This document shows positions 53,697 to 62,721 of a stretch of DNA of 64,000 bases, one piece after another. The stretch lies in sequence record PQ416618.1. One strand, 5' to 3'. The position numbers were made by a program, and so were the translations under genes. Positions within the stretch are counted from its first letter, which is position 1; the number at the start of each line of letters is the position of its first letter. Source of the stretch: Escherichia phage vB_VIPECOMC06. The notes below the pieces were generated by a model. That model worked only from the letters and a program-made list of their open reading frames with translations. It had not been told where the DNA came from and did not search any database.

Positions 53697-54323
53697 ATGT
53701 ACAAATATACGTTTACCGTACGTTTAGGCGATAAAGAAGTGAATTGTAGAGCCTTTACTTTAAAAGAATATTTAGGACTCATTGGTGCGCGGGCTACCGG
53801 TACTATTGAATCAGCAGTGAACAATATTATCACTAATTGCTCTAACGCTAAAAACTTGACTAAACAAGAAGCCGAGTTATTGTTGGTAAATCTGTGGGCA
53901 CATTCATTAGGTGAAGTGAATCAAGAACACACCTGGAATTGTTCCTGTGGGCATTCATTTCAAGTCTATATGAATTTATTGCACACTCAATTAGATGAAC
54001 AGGCCGATCCCTGGTATTCGTTCAGTGGTATTAAAATTAAGTTCCGTCAACCTAAATTATTTGACGATAAAAATATCGCATTAATGATTGCTTCATGTAT
54101 TGAGGCCGTTTTTGTCAATGGAGAGTCCATCCCTGTTGAAGATTTAACTGAAGCAGAAATAAACGACCTTTACGGCCTTATAACAGAAGATGACATGATC
54201 AATATTAAAAATCTTTTAGTATCGCCATCAATTTATCTGGCAACCCCTATTAAATGTCCCAAATGTGGGGCGTCACACGTTCACACAATACGAGGCCTCA
54301 AAGAATTCTTTGAGTTACTATAA
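53697..54323 (+). CDS. 26: gp26 baseplate hub subunit
   Basis: 208 aa; late promoter TATAAATA upstream. Confidence 0.85.
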   Translation: MYKYTFTVRLGDKEVNCRAFTLKEYLGLIGARATGTIESAVNNIITNCSNAKNLTKQEAELLLVNLWAHSLGEVNQEHTWNCSCGHSFQVYMNLLHTQLDEQADPWYSFSGIKIKFRQPKLFDDKNIALMIASCIEAVFVNGESIPVEDLTEAEINDLYGLITEDDMINIKNLLVSPSIYLATPIKCPKCGASHVHTIRGLKEFFELL

Positions 54324-54721
54324 TGTCTAATATCAATAAACTTTATTCAGATATCGACCCAGAAATGCGTATGGATTGGAACAAGGACGTTGCTCGTTCT
54401 GTAGGACTTCGTTCTATTAAAAATAGTCTTCTTGGCATAGTGACAACTAGAAAAGGCTCACGCCCCTTCGACCCTGAATTTGGATGCGATTTGGTCGACG
54501 AACTTTTCGAGAACATGACACCACTTACAGCCGATACGATTGAGCGTAATATCCAGGCAGCTGTTCGTAACTATGAGCCGCGCATCGACAAACTTTCTGT
54601 AAGTGTAACGCCAGTATATGATGACTATACAGTTATAGTAGAGATTAGATTTTCGGTCGTAGACAACCCTGACGATATTGAACAAATTAAACTTCAGTTA
54701 GCGTCAAGCAATAGAGTGTAA
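54323..54721 (+). CDS. 25: gp25 baseplate wedge subunit (gpW/lysozyme-fold)
   Basis: 132 aa; M.NINKLYSDIDPEM.MDWNKDV.RS.GLRSIKNSLLGI.TTRKGSRPFDPEFGCDL...IEQIKLQLASSNRV matches T4 gp25. Confidence 0.95.
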   Translation: MSNINKLYSDIDPEMRMDWNKDVARSVGLRSIKNSLLGIVTTRKGSRPFDPEFGCDLVDELFENMTPLTADTIERNIQAAVRNYEPRIDKLSVSVTPVYDDYTVIVEIRFSVVDNPDDIEQIKLQLASSNRV

Positions 54722-54746
54722 TGCTTCAAGGCAACCTATGTATAAT
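54720..54746 (+). promoter_or_regulatory. MotA-dependent middle promoter upstream of uvsY
   Basis: MotA box aaTGCTTcA about 12 nt upstream of TATAAT. Confidence 0.6.
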
Positions 54747-54801
54747 GGTTTTAGGTCCTTCCGATACAGCCGGGAGATTATTAGTTAAAAGAGAGAACAT
54801 T

Positions 54802-55215
54802 ATGAAGCTGGAAGATTTACAGGAAGAGTTGGACGCAGACTTAGCTATTGATATGTCAAAGTTGCAATATGAGACGGCGAATAATGTTAAGTTATACAGC
54901 AAATGGCTACGTAAGCACTCATTTATTCGTAAAGAAATGTTGCGTATAGAGACTCAGAAGAAAACTGCTTTAAAAGCAAGATTAGACTACTACTCGGGAC
55001 GAGGTGACGGTGATGAATTCAGTATGGACCGATACGAGAAATCTGAAATGAAAACTGTCCTGGCTGCAGATAAAGATGTGCTTAAAATAGAGACTACTTT
55101 ACAATACTGGGGAATTTTACTTGAGTTCTGTAGTGGTGCACTTGACGCAGTTAAGTCTCGTAGTTTTGCACTTAAACATATCCAGGATATGCGAGAATTT
55201 GAAGCGGGGCAATAA
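54802..55215 (+). CDS. uvsY: UvsY recombination mediator
   Basis: ATG at 54802; M.LEDLQEEL...KLQYE.ANNV.LYSKWL.KHS.I.KEMLRIE.QKK.ALKARLDYYSGRGDGDEFSMDRYEKSEMKTVL matches T4 UvsY (137 aa). Confidence 0.93.
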   Translation: MKLEDLQEELDADLAIDMSKLQYETANNVKLYSKWLRKHSFIRKEMLRIETQKKTALKARLDYYSGRGDGDEFSMDRYEKSEMKTVLAADKDVLKIETTLQYWGILLEFCSGALDAVKSRSFALKHIQDMREFEAGQ

Positions 55216-55439
55216 TGCGTTATTCAATTGAAGATGCCTTTAATAATGATGAAGAATTTGAAACTGAAATTAAATTCTTAATGGGAAAGTATCGTCTACG
55301 TCGTCAGGATATTCGTATTCTGGCAGACCACCCTTGTGGCGAAGACGTCCTTTATATTAAAGGAAAGTTTGCTGGGTACATCGACGAGTATTTTTATACA
55401 AAAGATATGGGTATCGATATGTGTATGCGAGTGATATAA
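55215..55439 (+). CDS. hypothetical protein (uvsY.-1 position)
   Basis: 74-aa ORF, ATGA overlap with uvsY stop. Confidence 0.55.
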   Translation: MRYSIEDAFNNDEEFETEIKFLMGKYRLRRQDIRILADHPCGEDVLYIKGKFAGYIDEYFYTKDMGIDMCMRVI

Positions 55440-55471
55440 ATAGATATGTAATTTCAACTTAGGAGGCAATC

Positions 55472-55639
55472 ATGTCAGATAAGATTTGTGTTGTCTGTAA
55501 AACTCCAATCGATTCTGCATTGGTTGTTGAAACAGACAAAGGACCAGCACATCCTGGACCTTGTTATAATTATGTCCAACAAATGCCGGTTTCAGAAAGT
55601 TCAGAAGAGCAATTGAACGAAACCCAACTTTTACTATAG
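55472..55639 (+). CDS. small Cys-containing protein (55 aa; possible zinc-ribbon)
   Basis: MSDKICVVCKTPIDS...GPAHPGPCYNY; AGGAGG SD 6 nt upstream; below the ORF-track cutoff. Confidence 0.5.
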   Translation: MSDKICVVCKTPIDSALVVETDKGPAHPGPCYNYVQQMPVSESSEEQLNETQLLL

Positions 55640-55659
55640 TGTTACCTTTTTTGCCTATG

Positions 55660-55693
55660 GTTTTGGCCCTTCCAAAAAGGTCGGGCCTTTTTT
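55660..55693. terminator. putative bidirectional terminator between convergent uvsY-region and uvsW.1
   Basis: A-run / GC stem / T-run arrangement (aaaaaGGtcgggCCtttttt) in a convergent intergenic gap. Confidence 0.4.
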
Positions 55694-55695
55694 AA

Positions 55696-55929
55696 TTAGA
55701 AGTCTTCTTCCTCATCCTCATCATCATCGCCTTCAAGTTCGGCACGCTTACCTGCTAAGGCATCCCTGACAGAAATATCATCTGTATCTTTTAATTCCGT
55801 TTCTTTTATACGTTTCTTATAATAAGCTTCCAATTCTTCAAGCCCTTCTAGGGTATGACAACTAGCAATTTTACCCATGAATTCGTCAATAGATGCTTCG
55901 TATAAAAATTGTTTAAATTCAAGTACCAT
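55696..55929 (-). CDS. UvsW.1-like small acidic protein
   Basis: 77 aa directly downstream of uvsW on the same strand; acidic C-terminus GDDDEDEEEDF. Confidence 0.6.
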   Translation of the reverse strand: MVLEFKQFLYEASIDEFMGKIASCHTLEGLEELEAYYKKRIKETELKDTDDISVRDALAGKRAELEGDDDEDEEEDF

Positions 55930-55954
55930 TTTTATCTCCTAAGGGCCGAAGCCC

Positions 55955-57469
55955 TTATAAATTAATTGTTTTCATTACATAGTTAAATTTCTCATCAGCG
56001 TAACGTTGGATACGATCAATACCGTGTTTTAACAAGTAATTAAGATGAGTATACTTCTTTTTAGTATTTAATGATTTAGGTTTTACACCTGCGTCATCGA
56101 TGAGATCCCAAACTGTAGCAACAGCTTTAGAACCATGCTTACGAAGCACACGACCTACGGTTTGAAGTACGATAATTTTTGATTTAACACCATGGGCAAA
56201 AATAACATGATGAAGATTCTTGACTGAAATACCAGTAGAGAATACTCCATATGATGCGACAATAATAATGCCTTTACCATTTTCTGCCATGACTTTAAGC
56301 GCGTTACGTGTTTCAGTATCAACTTCACCTGATACGTAATAAACTTTTTCGTATCCAAGCTCTTTAATAGCTTCAAATATTTCTTTACCGTGTGTAACGT
56401 GTTTAAACATTACAAAGGCGTTCTCGTCTTTCTTAGCCAATTTGACTGAAAGTTGAGCAATCCACTTTGTACGACGTTTTAGCCCGGTAATAATTTTAAC
56501 TTCTTCTTGGTATGTTTTACCTTTTAATTTAACAGTGAATTCGTCCGGATAACGAAGGAAAATACTATTAATCTTAAGCTCAGTTACTTGTCCGTCTTCC
56601 ATTAATTTAGACGTGCTAACAGGACGGAAGATTTCGCCGAACATACCTACATACTGCATTACATTGGCTTTTCCGTCTCTTAATGAGCCAGATAAACCGA
56701 ATTTAAACATGCAATTATTTAATCCTGAGATGATTGAAGAAATACTTTTGCCTGTTGCTAAGTGGCATTCATCGTTCATCATCATACCGAATTGAGAGAA
56801 CCATTCTTTAGGCTGCTTAACTACCGTTTGCCATGTGCCAACAATAATTGGAGCGTCGTTTTTAGATTTGTCTGCTTTATCAGCACCACCGCCAATTTTC
56901 TTAATCATCGAATGACTAAACAAGCGGTAATCAACAAAATCATTAGCCATCTGGGTTGTCAATGCTGTTGTAGGGACGATAATGAGAATTTTACCTTCAT
57001 AGTTCTCTAGATAATATCGAGCTAAAAGTGCTTGGATTAGTGATTTACCTGCTGATGTCGGAAGGTTTAAAATTCGACGACGATTAACTAGTCCTTCGTA
57101 TACTGCATCTTTTTGATACCAATGTGGTTCGATTTTAGAGTTGCCCGAATAAATTTCTTGTTTAGAAAGCCATTCGTCAAAATCTTCCCTGGTAAGGTCT
57201 TCGGTTTCAAAGATTTTAGGGTCAATCCATACAGAATAACTCATATTGTTACAGAACTTTTTTATTTGTCCTACAAGTCCATATGGTAACAAACGGTTGT
57301 AATCTAAAAGTCGAATTCTACCATCCCATTGCCCATAGCGATATTTTGGGTTAAATTTATACCCGTCAGCTTCAAAGCTAAAAAAGTCACGAAGTTCGTA
57401 AAACGTACTTTCGTCGCATTCAATGCGCACGTGACTAAAATCATAAAAATGTACTTTAATGTCAGTCAT
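55955..57469 (-). CDS. uvsW: UvsW DNA/RNA helicase (SF2)
   Basis: 504 aa; Walker A LPTSAGKS, DEAH-like box MMMNDECH, helicase C-terminal motifs. Confidence 0.92.
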   Translation of the reverse strand: MTDIKVHFYDFSHVRIECDESTFYELRDFFSFEADGYKFNPKYRYGQWDGRIRLLDYNRLLPYGLVGQIKKFCNNMSYSVWIDPKIFETEDLTREDFDEWLSKQEIYSGNSKIEPHWYQKDAVYEGLVNRRRILNLPTSAGKSLIQALLARYYLENYEGKILIIVPTTALTTQMANDFVDYRLFSHSMIKKIGGGADKADKSKNDAPIIVGTWQTVVKQPKEWFSQFGMMMNDECHLATGKSISSIISGLNNCMFKFGLSGSLRDGKANVMQYVGMFGEIFRPVSTSKLMEDGQVTELKINSIFLRYPDEFTVKLKGKTYQEEVKIITGLKRRTKWIAQLSVKLAKKDENAFVMFKHVTHGKEIFEAIKELGYEKVYYVSGEVDTETRNALKVMAENGKGIIIVASYGVFSTGISVKNLHHVIFAHGVKSKIIVLQTVGRVLRKHGSKAVATVWDLIDDAGVKPKSLNTKKKYTHLNYLLKHGIDRIQRYADEKFNYVMKTINL

Positions 57470-57498
57470 GTCAAATTACCATGTAATAAATATAGTTA

Positions 57499-57506
57499 TA
57501 TTTATA
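57499..57506 (-). promoter_or_regulatory. late promoter for uvsW
   Basis: TATAAATA on - strand about 30 nt upstream of the uvsW ATG. Confidence 0.5.
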
Positions 57507-57519
57507 ATGAGGAAATACC

Positions 57520-58188
57520 ATGATCGATAAAGACTATATTGAAGAGTTACGTGCTCTTTCTGATAAAAAGGAAGCCAAAGCTAAACTGTTTGAATATGCG
57601 GAACAATTTGGCATTAGTGTTAAGAAAACAAAATCATTTGATAATATTGTTATTGATATCGAAGAAGCTCTTAACGCACTGGCTGATGAACCATTACCTG
57701 AAACTGATGGATTATCTATCACCGATTTAATTACTGCCGCAGATGATGTGGACGGTGTTAATTTCACCAACGAAGAAGTTAAAGAAGAAGCTATTCTGTT
57801 GTTTGATTCTCCAACAGAACAAGTTGAAGTATTAGAAGTTGTCGAACAAGAAAAAGAATTCGACCATGATAAATTCAAAGAAGCAATTACTCAGGTTGTT
57901 GAATCTGAAAAAGAGCCTGAGGCAGAGGTAAATAAAGAAGTAAAATTTGTTCTGCCTGAAAATTTTAGTCCTACACTCATTAAATTAGGCAAAAGCCCAG
58001 GATATGTTACTGTTCCTTGGTGGATTTATCAATGGATAGCCGAAACCCCAGATTGGAAATCTCGCCCAACTAGTTTTGTGCATGCTTCTGCTCACCAAAC
58101 ATTATTTAGCTTAATTTATTATATTAATCGCGATGGATCAGTTCTAATTCGTGAATCTCGTAATTCTTCTTTCGTAACATTAAAATAA
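57520..58188 (+). CDS. acidic protein at the inh (prohead protease inhibitor) position
   Basis: 222 aa, acidic; located immediately upstream of hoc; identity with T4 Inh not verified. Confidence 0.4.
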   Translation: MIDKDYIEELRALSDKKEAKAKLFEYAEQFGISVKKTKSFDNIVIDIEEALNALADEPLPETDGLSITDLITAADDVDGVNFTNEEVKEEAILLFDSPTEQVEVLEVVEQEKEFDHDKFKEAITQVVESEKEPEAEVNKEVKFVLPENFSPTLIKLGKSPGYVTVPWWIYQWIAETPDWKSRPTSFVHASAHQTLFSLIYYINRDGSVLIRESRNSSFVTLK

Positions 58189-58197
58189 GGATAACTT

Positions 58198-59328
58198 ATG
58201 GCTTTTACAGTTGATATAACTCCTAAAACACCTACTGGAGTTATAGATGAGACTAAGCAGTTTACTGCTACTCCCAGTGGTGAAACTGGAGGTGGAACTA
58301 TTACCTATGCATGGAGTGTAGACGATGCTCCTCAAGTAGGATCGGCAGAAACTTTTGATTATGTGTTAAAAGGACCTGCTGGAACAAAAACAATTAAAGT
58401 TGTTGCAACAAATACTATTCCTGACTCTGAAGCTGAAACAGCTGAAATTAGTACAACTATTACAGTTCAAAACAAAACACAGACAACTACGTTGGCAGTA
58501 ACTCCTAATAGTCCTCCAGCAGGAGTAATTGGAACCCCAGTTCAATTTACTGCTGCCTTAGCTTCTCAACCGGCTGGAGCGTCTGCTACGTATCAGTGGT
58601 ATGTAGATGATTCACAGGTTGGTGGAGAAACTAACTCTACATTTAGCTATACTCCAACTACAAGTGGAGTTAAAAAAATCAAGTGTGTAGCTCAAGTAAC
58701 CGCAACAGATTATGATGCACTGAGCGTTACTTCTAATGAAGTATCATTGACAGTTAATAAGAAGACAATGAATCCACAGGTTACATTGACTCCTCCTTCT
58801 ATTAACGTTCAGCAAGATGCTTCGGCTACATTTACTGCTAATGTAACTGATGCTCCTGAAGAAGCGCAAATTGCGTATTCATGGAAGAAAGATTCTTCTC
58901 CTGTAGAAGGGTCAACTAACGTATACACCGTTGATACATCATCTATTGGAAGTCAAACTATTGAAGTTACTGCAACTATTACTGCAACTGATTACGATAG
59001 CAAAACTATTACAGCAGAAGGTCAAGTTCAAGTGACTGATAAAGTTGCTCCAGAACCAGAAGGTGAATTACCTTATGTTCATCCTCTTCCACATCGTACT
59101 TCAGCTTATATCTGGTGCGGTTGGTGGGTTATGGATGAAATCCAAAAAATGACTGAAGAAGGTAAAGATTGGAAAACTGACGACCCGGATAGTAAATACT
59201 ACCTGCATCGTTACACTCTTCAGAAGATGTTGAAAGACTATCCGGAAGTTGATGTTCAAGAATCACGTAATGGATACATCATTCATAAAACTGCTTTGGA
59301 AACTGGTATCATCTATACATATCCATAA
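58198..59328 (+). CDS. hoc: Hoc highly immunogenic outer capsid protein (Ig-like domains)
   Basis: 376 aa; M.FTVDITPKTPTGVIDETKQFTATPSG.TGGGTITYAWSVD... and C-terminal ...YVHPLPHR.SAYIWCGWWVMDEIQKMTEEGKDWKTDDPDSKYYLHRYTLQKM.KDYPEVDVQESRNGYIIHKTALETGIIYTYP match T4 Hoc. Confidence 0.95.
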   Translation: MAFTVDITPKTPTGVIDETKQFTATPSGETGGGTITYAWSVDDAPQVGSAETFDYVLKGPAGTKTIKVVATNTIPDSEAETAEISTTITVQNKTQTTTLAVTPNSPPAGVIGTPVQFTAALASQPAGASATYQWYVDDSQVGGETNSTFSYTPTTSGVKKIKCVAQVTATDYDALSVTSNEVSLTVNKKTMNPQVTLTPPSINVQQDASATFTANVTDAPEEAQIAYSWKKDSSPVEGSTNVYTVDTSSIGSQTIEVTATITATDYDSKTITAEGQVQVTDKVAPEPEGELPYVHPLPHRTSAYIWCGWWVMDEIQKMTEEGKDWKTDDPDSKYYLHRYTLQKMLKDYPEVDVQESRNGYIIHKTALETGIIYTYP

Positions 59329-59332
59329 TCGT

Positions 59333-59360
59333 AAGGGGCTTCGGCCCCTTTCTTCGTTTT
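59333..59360 (+). terminator. intrinsic terminator after hoc
   Basis: AAGGGGCTTCGGCCCCTT hairpin followed by T-rich stretch. Confidence 0.8.
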
Positions 59361-59427
59361 TAAAGCATACAAAACACATCTTGAGATTGATGTATAATGG
59401 CACAAACCAAATGATACGGGATTGATT

Positions 59428-59622
59428 ATGAGAGTTGAAGTTGAAGTTTATACATTACATGAGGCGGGATTTTCATTCGTAGAAATTGCTCAAAAAATCG
59501 GTTTACAACCTAAAGAAGTTGGATTACTATGGACTAAAGCCGAGACAGCTCGGTCAAAGTTTAAAGCAAAAGAAAAAGTTGTATACCGTAAACGTTTGAT
59601 TAACAAAAAGGTGAAGAAATGA
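59428..59622 (+). CDS. small basic protein with HTH-like segment
   Basis: ATG at 59428 (the track ORF starts at an upstream TTG); FSFVEIAQKIGLQPKEV resembles a helix-turn-helix. Confidence 0.45.
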   Translation: MRVEVEVYTLHEAGFSFVEIAQKIGLQPKEVGLLWTKAETARSKFKAKEKVVYRKRLINKKVKK

Positions 59623-59870
59623 GTTTTGCACAGGAATTAAGAGAAAGGGCGCTGGCCACTAAAGCCAATTTGTTGAAAGATTTTATTACTAACTTCTCTG
59701 TGATGGCAGAGAAAGCCGCTGACAAAGGCCAGACACAATTTACATACTATCCGTCAAAGAATGATTTAACTATCACCGAGCAAATCGGGGAATGGTTCCG
59801 TGATAATGGCTTTCAGTACAAAATTAATCATGACCAGCGTGATGGGCACTGGATAGAAATCAAGTTCTAG
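59619..59870 (+). CDS. hypothetical small protein
   Basis: 83-aa ORF, ATGA overlap with upstream stop. Confidence 0.5.
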   Translation: MSFAQELRERALATKANLLKDFITNFSVMAEKAADKGQTQFTYYPSKNDLTITEQIGEWFRDNGFQYKINHDQRDGHWIEIKF

Positions 59871-59871
59871 T

Positions 59872-59900
59872 ATGCTTTACATTTTTTGATGGTATAATGA
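59872..59900 (+). promoter_or_regulatory. putative middle promoter upstream of rnlB
   Basis: aTGCTTtAca + about 12 nt + TATAAT. Confidence 0.45.
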
Positions 59901-59989
59901 ATCTAGGTTCTATCCATTCAAATTAAACATTGGGCCAGAGATAGAGTCTCTGCTAATTATTTTGATATTATTATTTATAATGGTGATTT

Positions 59990-60988
59990 ATGTTTAAGAA
60001 ATACAGCAGTCTTGAAAACCACTACAACTCTAAGTTTATTGAAAAACTCTACACTAATGGTTTGACTACTGGTGTTTGGGTAGCACGTGAGAAAATCCAT
60101 GGGACCAACTTCTCGTTAATAATTGAACGTGACAACGTCACATGCGCCAAGCGCACAGGCCCTATTCTTCCAGCAGAAGATTTTTACGGCTATGAAATCG
60201 TACTCAAGAAGTATGATAAAGCTATTAAAGCCGTTCAGGAATTAATGCACGCAGATCGAGCAGTATCATATCAAGTATTCGGTGAATTCGCTGGTGGTGG
60301 AATCCAGAAAGGTGTTGACTACGGTGAAAAAGATTTTTATGTGTTCGATATCATTATCAATACAGAAAGTGGTGATAATACGTATTTGACCGATTACGAA
60401 ATGCAAGATTTCTGTAATGAATTCGGTTTTAAAATGGCACCAATGCTTGGTCGTGGCACATTTGATTCTCTTATCATGATTCCAAACGACCTTGATTCCG
60501 TCTTAGCCGCTTATAATGCTACTGCGTCAGAAGACCTTGTAGAAGCAAATAATTGTGTATTTGATGCTAATGTTATTGGCGATAATACAGCAGAAGGTTA
60601 TGTTCTGAAGCCTTGTTTCCCTAAATGGCTGCCAAACGGTACTCGTGTAGCTATTAAGTGCAAGAACTCTAAATTCAGTGAAAAGAAAAAGTCTGATAAG
60701 CCTATTAAAACTCAGGTTCCATTAACCGAAATTGACAAAAACTTGCTTGATGTTCTAGCTTGTTATGTTACATTAAACCGTGTTAATAATGTGATTTCTA
60801 AGATTGGGACTGTAACGCCAAAAGATTTTGGCAAAGTGATGGGATTAACTGTTCAAGATATTCTGGAAGAAACTTCTCGTGAAGGTATTGTATTAACATC
60901 ATCTGATAATCCGAATCTTGTTAAGAAAGAATTAGTCCGAATGGTGCAAGATGTTCTGCGTCCTGCATGGATTGAATTAGTATCATAA
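59990..60988 (+). CDS. rnlB: RNA ligase 2
   Basis: 332 aa; [60 protein letters not shown] (ligase lysine KIHG) matches T4 Rnl2. Confidence 0.95.
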   Translation: MFKKYSSLENHYNSKFIEKLYTNGLTTGVWVAREKIHGTNFSLIIERDNVTCAKRTGPILPAEDFYGYEIVLKKYDKAIKAVQELMHADRAVSYQVFGEFAGGGIQKGVDYGEKDFYVFDIIINTESGDNTYLTDYEMQDFCNEFGFKMAPMLGRGTFDSLIMIPNDLDSVLAAYNATASEDLVEANNCVFDANVIGDNTAEGYVLKPCFPKWLPNGTRVAIKCKNSKFSEKKKSDKPIKTQVPLTEIDKNLLDVLACYVTLNRVNNVISKIGTVTPKDFGKVMGLTVQDILEETSREGIVLTSSDNPNLVKKELVRMVQDVLRPAWIELVS

Positions 60989-60990
60989 CG

Positions 60991-61016
60991 AAAAAGGGAC
61001 CTTACGGTCCCTTTTT
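60991..61016. terminator. bidirectional terminator between convergent rnlB (+) and gene 24 (-)
   Basis: AAAAAGGGACCTTACGGTCCCTTTTT: hairpin flanked by A-run and T-run. Confidence 0.8.
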
Positions 61017-61017
61017 A

Positions 61018-62298
61018 TTAATCAATAATAATTTTAGGCAATTTAACACCGAGTAAAACAGACAAGTCTGAACGTCCTGCCATTTTATCCATGTCCCCAC
61101 CATCAATTATTCTCGCTTCTTTTTCATCTTTTGCTACTGTGTAAGGATTTGCTGATAAAGCATATCTAACCAATAATCCGATAGATGGTTGCAAGCTTTC
61201 TGGATCAACTACGACTTTAAATGCACCGACATGTTCCGGGTCATCTAAATCTACTCCTTCAGTGTATGGAGCATAAAAGACGGACCCTACAATTTCTTTT
61301 TCGCCGATATTTTCTACAACACCCACAATAACATAATCTAACGGACTGTTGGTATCGCAGTAAAGAGGTAATCCATTTGCCAAGAATCCATAAGCATTTT
61401 GTGAAAGATACTTGTCATCTTCTGGCTTATGTTTTAACCAACCGGAAGCAGCAAGAATAGCAGCTGCACGAGCTGAGGCTACACAAAACGTTGCAGTATA
61501 AGTTGTCTCTTTTTGAATGTGTGATACCATTTCACACACCATTCGATATAACGAACGACCTGCTTCTGGAGCGGATGCATAGCTCAAGTCAATAAATCCG
61601 GTGTCAGTAATTCCAGTAACTTTATAACGTTTCGATACAGTAATTAAAGACTGAAGAATATCTTTATTAATTTCATCAGCCATTTCAGTGGCAAGCAAAT
61701 CTTCTAAGAAGTTAGGGGCATCAAATCCATTCGCTTCCAAATCTTGCGCTAATTCAACCGTGAGGCCAGTTTTAAGTTTACGAGATTTGACTGAAGTTTG
61801 CCATTTATTAATCTGGAATCTTGCATCAGCAATTTCGCTACCAGAACTTTCAAATTTGCTTGTTACCGCTGCATCTGAAAATAACCGTACCTTTAAATGA
61901 ACGACTGCAATCTGAAGAGCTAATTCTAGATCACTTTCTTGAATATCTGCAAATGGTGTATCTTCTAACACTTTATAGACGATATTATTATATTTGAAAA
62001 AATCGCCTTTATTTAGTGTGTCTTTTGATTCTTCTGTGAGCTCAGTAATTTTTTCTCGGTCTACATATCCAACTTCGCCTGCATAAGTAGCACCAGTTTT
62101 AAATGTGAATTCGTTATCTGGGTTAAGATATTTGATACCATAAAAAGCAGCAACAGGTTGATTAGTTCTTTGTGTTGCTACAATGTCAGAATATATTAAT
62201 TTAGTCGTAGCGCGAGTCAAAGCAACGAGATTTGGGCGACCGATTGAGTTGCTAGTAGACGTTGTAGATTCACGCAATAATTTTTGGATTTTACTCAT
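61018..62298 (-). CDS. 24: gp24 capsid vertex protein
   Basis: 426 aa; capsid-fold protein paralogous to gp23, late promoter TATAAATA about 28 nt upstream. Confidence 0.9.
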   Translation of the reverse strand: MSKIQKLLRESTTSTSNSIGRPNLVALTRATTKLIYSDIVATQRTNQPVAAFYGIKYLNPDNEFTFKTGATYAGEVGYVDREKITELTEESKDTLNKGDFFKYNNIVYKVLEDTPFADIQESDLELALQIAVVHLKVRLFSDAAVTSKFESSGSEIADARFQINKWQTSVKSRKLKTGLTVELAQDLEANGFDAPNFLEDLLATEMADEINKDILQSLITVSKRYKVTGITDTGFIDLSYASAPEAGRSLYRMVCEMVSHIQKETTYTATFCVASARAAAILAASGWLKHKPEDDKYLSQNAYGFLANGLPLYCDTNSPLDYVIVGVVENIGEKEIVGSVFYAPYTEGVDLDDPEHVGAFKVVVDPESLQPSIGLLVRYALSANPYTVAKDEKEARIIDGGDMDKMAGRSDLSVLLGVKLPKIIID

Positions 62299-62325
62299 TG
62301 CATTTTTTCCTTATGTGATATAGAT

Positions 62326-62333
62326 TATTTATA
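62326..62333 (-). promoter_or_regulatory. late promoter for gene 24
   Basis: TATAAATA on - strand about 28 nt upstream of the gp24 ATG. Confidence 0.7.
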
Positions 62334-62339
62334 AAGATT

Positions 62340-62370
62340 GTTTACAACGTATTTGGTATGTGATACTATA
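62340..62370 (+). promoter_or_regulatory. T4-type early promoter
   Basis: GTTTACaacgtatttggtatgtgaTACTAT. Confidence 0.55.
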
Positions 62371-62399
62371 GACTTATCAACTACAGAGGAGTAAACAAA

Positions 62400-62669
62400 A
62401 TGACTAAAGCACGTTTCTTACGAGATACTTTAAAAGTTCTGGAAGCTGAAGCAGTTAAGTTAGTAGAAAAATATGGTGCAAAAGTTAATGGTAATGCCTT
62501 CAACAAAGTATGGATGAAAGTTGATTCTGAAGCTCGAGCTAAAGGTTATTGGGCCACTGATAAACTTGCATCATTCAAAAACAAAGATGGTTCTCCAGCA
62601 TATGTCCAAGAAGGTATGCCTAATTGGCAAAATATTTTGAAAACTTACATCGAAATTGCACAGAAATAA
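62400..62669 (+). CDS. hypothetical protein
   Basis: 89-aa ORF between gp24 and gp23 after an early promoter; GAGGAG SD. Confidence 0.5.
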   Translation: MTKARFLRDTLKVLEAEAVKLVEKYGAKVNGNAFNKVWMKVDSEARAKGYWATDKLASFKNKDGSPAYVQEGMPNWQNILKTYIEIAQK

Positions 62670-62674
62670 AACCA

Positions 62675-62700
62675 AAAATGGGAGACCGAAGTCTCCCAAA
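62675..62700 (-). terminator. terminator downstream of gene 23 (- strand)
   Basis: GGGAGACTTCGGTCTCCC on - strand followed by ATTTTTGGTTTT. Confidence 0.75.
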
Positions 62701-62721
62701 ATAAGATTTAATCAATTAAGA

